From positions 4,488,501 to 4,552,500 of the forward strand of contig MU059953.1 of assembly GCA_013265495.1 (NCBI GenBank): a stretch of DNA of 64,000 nt, in the 5' to 3' direction. The DNA comes from Vicugna vicugna. Lineage: Eukaryota. Numbering within the stretch: the stretch's first letter is position 1; every line of letters begins with the position of its first letter. The position numbers were made by a program, and so were the translations under genes. The notes beneath the pieces were generated by a model, which ran no database searches, was not told where the DNA came from, and worked only from the letters and a program-made list of their open reading frames with translations. Shown here piece after piece: positions 61,000 to 64,000 of the stretch.

Positions 61000-61480
61000 G
61001 GTGGGGGTGGGGGGGCGTGATGCTAAGGCAGGCCCACGGCCCCAGCCCAGCTGTGGGCTTCAAGCCGGGGGACCAAAAACTGGGCGAGCCGCTGCCCTCC
61101 TTGCCCACATTTATTCCTCCTCCCACTTCAACCCGGATGAGACAGCGGCTCCCAGCACACAGCCCGGTGCTGCACAAGGGGGGAGAGCCGGTGGTGGCTT
61201 CTCCTCCTCCTCGGAGGGCAGGGGGCGCATCCCGGGGGCGCATCCTGGAGGCATGAGGCTAAGCGCGAGGCCCGCGGCGGGGTGAGGGATCGCACGTCCT
61301 GCGTCCGGACCAAGCAACCAGCAGGCCCCTGCAGAACGCGCCGGGTTCCGTGTGCGCGCAGACACCCTGACGACGCGCCCGCGCCCCTCGGTCAGCGGGA
61401 ACCAGCTGTTGCCCGAAGGGAAAGCCTTTCCCCGGGGCGCCGTCGTGGCTGGGAGTGGCCATCCCTCCTGGTGCCCTGAA
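61000..61480. promoter_or_regulatory. CpG-rich island
   Basis: Dense CpG from about 61.2 to 61.45 kb. Function unknown. Confidence 0.4.
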
Positions 61481-61723
61481 GCTCCCTAAAGCCATTTTAG
61501 AGGAAAAACAGGGATCAGAACTTTTCAAAAATTGTTTCTAGAAGAGAATATCCCTCGTTCCCTGTCATCTCTGCTTTAGGATTTGGCTTGAAATTAGCCG
61601 TCCTTTTGTGCAGTGCTCTGCGGAAAACAGTCCTCACCTGGTCCCGCCTTTCTGGGGTCACGGTTCTGAACGTTCAGCAGGAGAAACAAAGCCATCTGTG
61701 TTTTTTTCCTTTTCCTCCTTACA

Positions 61724-62095
61724 TTTTTTAAATTGAAATGCAGTTGATTTACAGTGTTGTGCTAGTTTCTGGTGCACAGCCTGTGATTCAGTCGTACGTG
61801 CACAGAGATCCCGCTCACATTCTTTTTCGTTCTAGGCCATTACAAGCTATCGAATAGTTCCCTGTGCTTCACAGTGGGGCCTCGCTGCTTGTCCATTTTA
61901 CATAGAGTAGTGTGTGTCTGCAAATCCCAAACTCCCACTTTATTCCTCCCCAACCTCTTCCTCCCTAAAAGTTTATTTTCTATGTCTGTGAGTTTCTTTC
62001 TGTTTTGTAAATAAGTTCATTTGTGTCGTTTTTTTTTTAGATTCCACATGTAAGTGATGTCATGTGATATTGTCTTTCTCTGCCTGACTTACTTC
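61724..62095 (-). mobile_element. Cetartiodactyl-type L1 3' end, truncated by the assembly gap
   Basis: ttttttaaattgaaatgcagttgatttacagtgttgtgctagtttctggtgcacag...ttagattccacatgtaagtgatgtcatg...tgacttacttc, followed by Ns. Confidence 0.9.
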
Positions 62096-62236
62096 NNNNN
62101 NNNNNNNNNNNNNNNNNNNNNNNNNNNNNNNNNNNNNNNNNNNNNNNNNNNNNNNNNNNNNNNNNNNNNNNNNNNNNNNNNNNNNNNNNNNNNNNNNNNN
62201 NNNNNNNNNNNNNNNNNNNNNNNNNNNNNNNNNNNN
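62096..62236. other. Assembly gap (141 N)
   Basis: Run of N characters. Confidence 1.
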
Positions 62237-64000
62237 TTCCCTGCCTGGAAAGCCATCTCTATTTACATAAGGGCTAATCATGGAAGGGCCTGGTTACATA
62301 TAATAAATATCACTTTTTTTTTCTTGGCAGAGTAGAATAAAATTAAAATGAGAAAATATATTTAACATTTAGTATGAAGCTTCCAAAAGAAACCTGCTGT
62401 TGGAGGCTATGTACCCTATGGCAAAACTATGGTGATACCAAAGGGAAGTATTTTTTTTAAGGAAAAAATGTTTAAAAACGAACAAGACCCAGTCCCCAGA
62501 TGAGCACTGGAAGTCTGGGCAGGAGGAAGGGAAGTCTGGGCTGCCGGCCCCGCTCCTGGCATCCGTGAGGGTGTTCCTGGAGGTGCACATAGGAAGGGCA
62601 GCGGGTCTGAGGGGAGATGGATAATGTTTCACGGCCACATGGAACGTGAGATGCCTTTCTGACATTCAGCTGGAGAGACTCACCCCACAGCCGGCTCTGT
62701 GGAGGCAGCTCGGCGGATGGTCTGGGAGTCAGATGGAGGCGTTTTCAAAACAAAGTTCACAGCCTTTGTCTGTGGACAGACACATCTAAAGAGAGGGAAA
62801 GAGGGAAGAAAGGCAGAGGAGCATGGAGGCTTAGGGGACGTTCAGATGTATGTTTTTTAGTGATTTATTTTCTTTGCAAGGTAAGTATGTGAATAGGTTT
62901 ATATACTGTGTCTAAGCTCCTGCACACCAGCAGTGGGGTTAGGACTCAGCAGAGAGACGTGGTCGTTGACGAAGCAGGGTTGACGGGGCTCCCAGCGAGG
63001 GCCGCAGTCAAATCCAAAGAGCTGGGAGCAAGCTTATCCTTTGGCAAGAAGACAGATCCCTGTCCTCAGAGGAGGGGAAGGACGGTATTGTAGGGGAAGA
63101 ATGGTACCACAAGGCCCTTGCACATCCCACGCAGACCATGTAGGCAGGGCCACCCCCTGTCTGACCCAAATCTTGCTGGAACACTCGGTGATCCTTCTGG
63201 GAATATGGCAAGCGGGGGGTCCTGGAGGTGCTCATCCACACCCCGGCTGGCTGGAGGCTGATCCAGCGTCTCTTCCACTTCCCCGTGCTGGTGGCACTGG
63301 GACTTGTCCCTTGTCCCCATCACAGTGTAGCTACAGCTGTAAAACCATTTGGGTGGATTTTAGCGTCGTCTCTCCTGGGGCAGACATCCTCTGCTCATGG
63401 CTGTCACCCTTCCCCCCCAGTCTGGTGTCATCTCGTGAGACTAGGGATGTGGGACGTTGGCACCAAGATGGCCTTGCTTGTGCTGCTCGTGGAAGTAATG
63501 AACTGTCTGGAAGTGCCTCCTCGCTGGCGGGCTCCATGCAGTGCAGCACCCAGCCTGTGATGAAGCCGCAGCCCTGCTGCTCGGGGGCAGCCTGCCTGCT
63601 CCATGTTCTGTGGGGAGCCGGGTCCAAGAGCGGTGGTGCTCATCCTGCAGGCAGGGTTACCGGGGGCGGTGGGAGAGAGAGCGCCGAGGAGACGCTGCAA
63701 GTTCATGACGGAAACCGTGGCGCATGAGGGACAGAGCTGATGGGCGCTGCCTGTGTGTTAGGTCGTGGGGGTGTCTGTGTCCTGCCGGGGAGACGCACTC
63801 TCCCAGGTGGGTGCGCTGCCCTGGGAGACATGGGCCTGGCCGCCCTGCAGATGCTGCGAAAGCCCCTGGCAAGAGGAAGTTCAGATGACCCAGAAGAGGT
63901 GACTGTCCCACGAGGACATCGCGTCCCCCTCCCGGCTGTGTATGTGCTGGGCTCTGCGCATCAGTCATAGTTAGGGAGGAGAGGGCACTCGGGACAAAAC

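Noticed and set aside
62054-62335. ORFs spanning 62054-62335
   Set aside because: Artefacts of translating through the N gap.
63041-63970. Cluster of ORFs near the right end (up to 228 aa)
   Set aside because: Open on both strands, with no recognisable domain or consistent splice structure. A pseudogene or exon cannot be excluded but is unsupported.
1-64000. CRISPR arrays, rRNA, prokaryotic systems, and the few miRNAs I checked (miR-1, miR-133, miR-124, miR-202)
   Set aside because: The DNA is mammalian. No regularly spaced repeat-spacer array, rRNA-like sequence or those mature miRNA sequences were seen by eye.

Overview
Mammalian genomic DNA, most likely camelid. The taxon call rests on a tRNA-Ala-derived SINE of the Vic-1 type, cetartiodactyl-type L1 3' ends, and no recognisable Alu, B1, Bov-A/BovB, PRE-1 or Can-SINE. 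The window is GC-rich and CpG-patchy, like a subtelomeric isochore. I could not support any named protein-coding gene: the long ORFs in the track are explained by GC-rich sequence, simple repeats or decayed L1 ORF1/ORF2. The supportable content is fossil transposons (many L1 fragments, mostly on the minus strand, a Tigger1 derivative, MER20, MER5A, a MER104-like element, MIRs, MLT1 and ERVL/ERV1 LTRs, two SINE copies). There are also several CpG islands, tandem repeats, AT-richer enhancer-like blocks and a 141-N assembly gap. The most striking signal is localised, strongly directional AT-to-GC change in repeat fossils, clearest in a SINE inside the 2.3-3.7 kb CpG island. That pattern fits GC-biased gene conversion at hypomethylated sites. 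Candidate spliced exons exist on both strands but are low confidence. I found no convincing novel biological system. All repeat family names come from recalled consensus sequences, not from a database search, and repeat boundaries are approximate.
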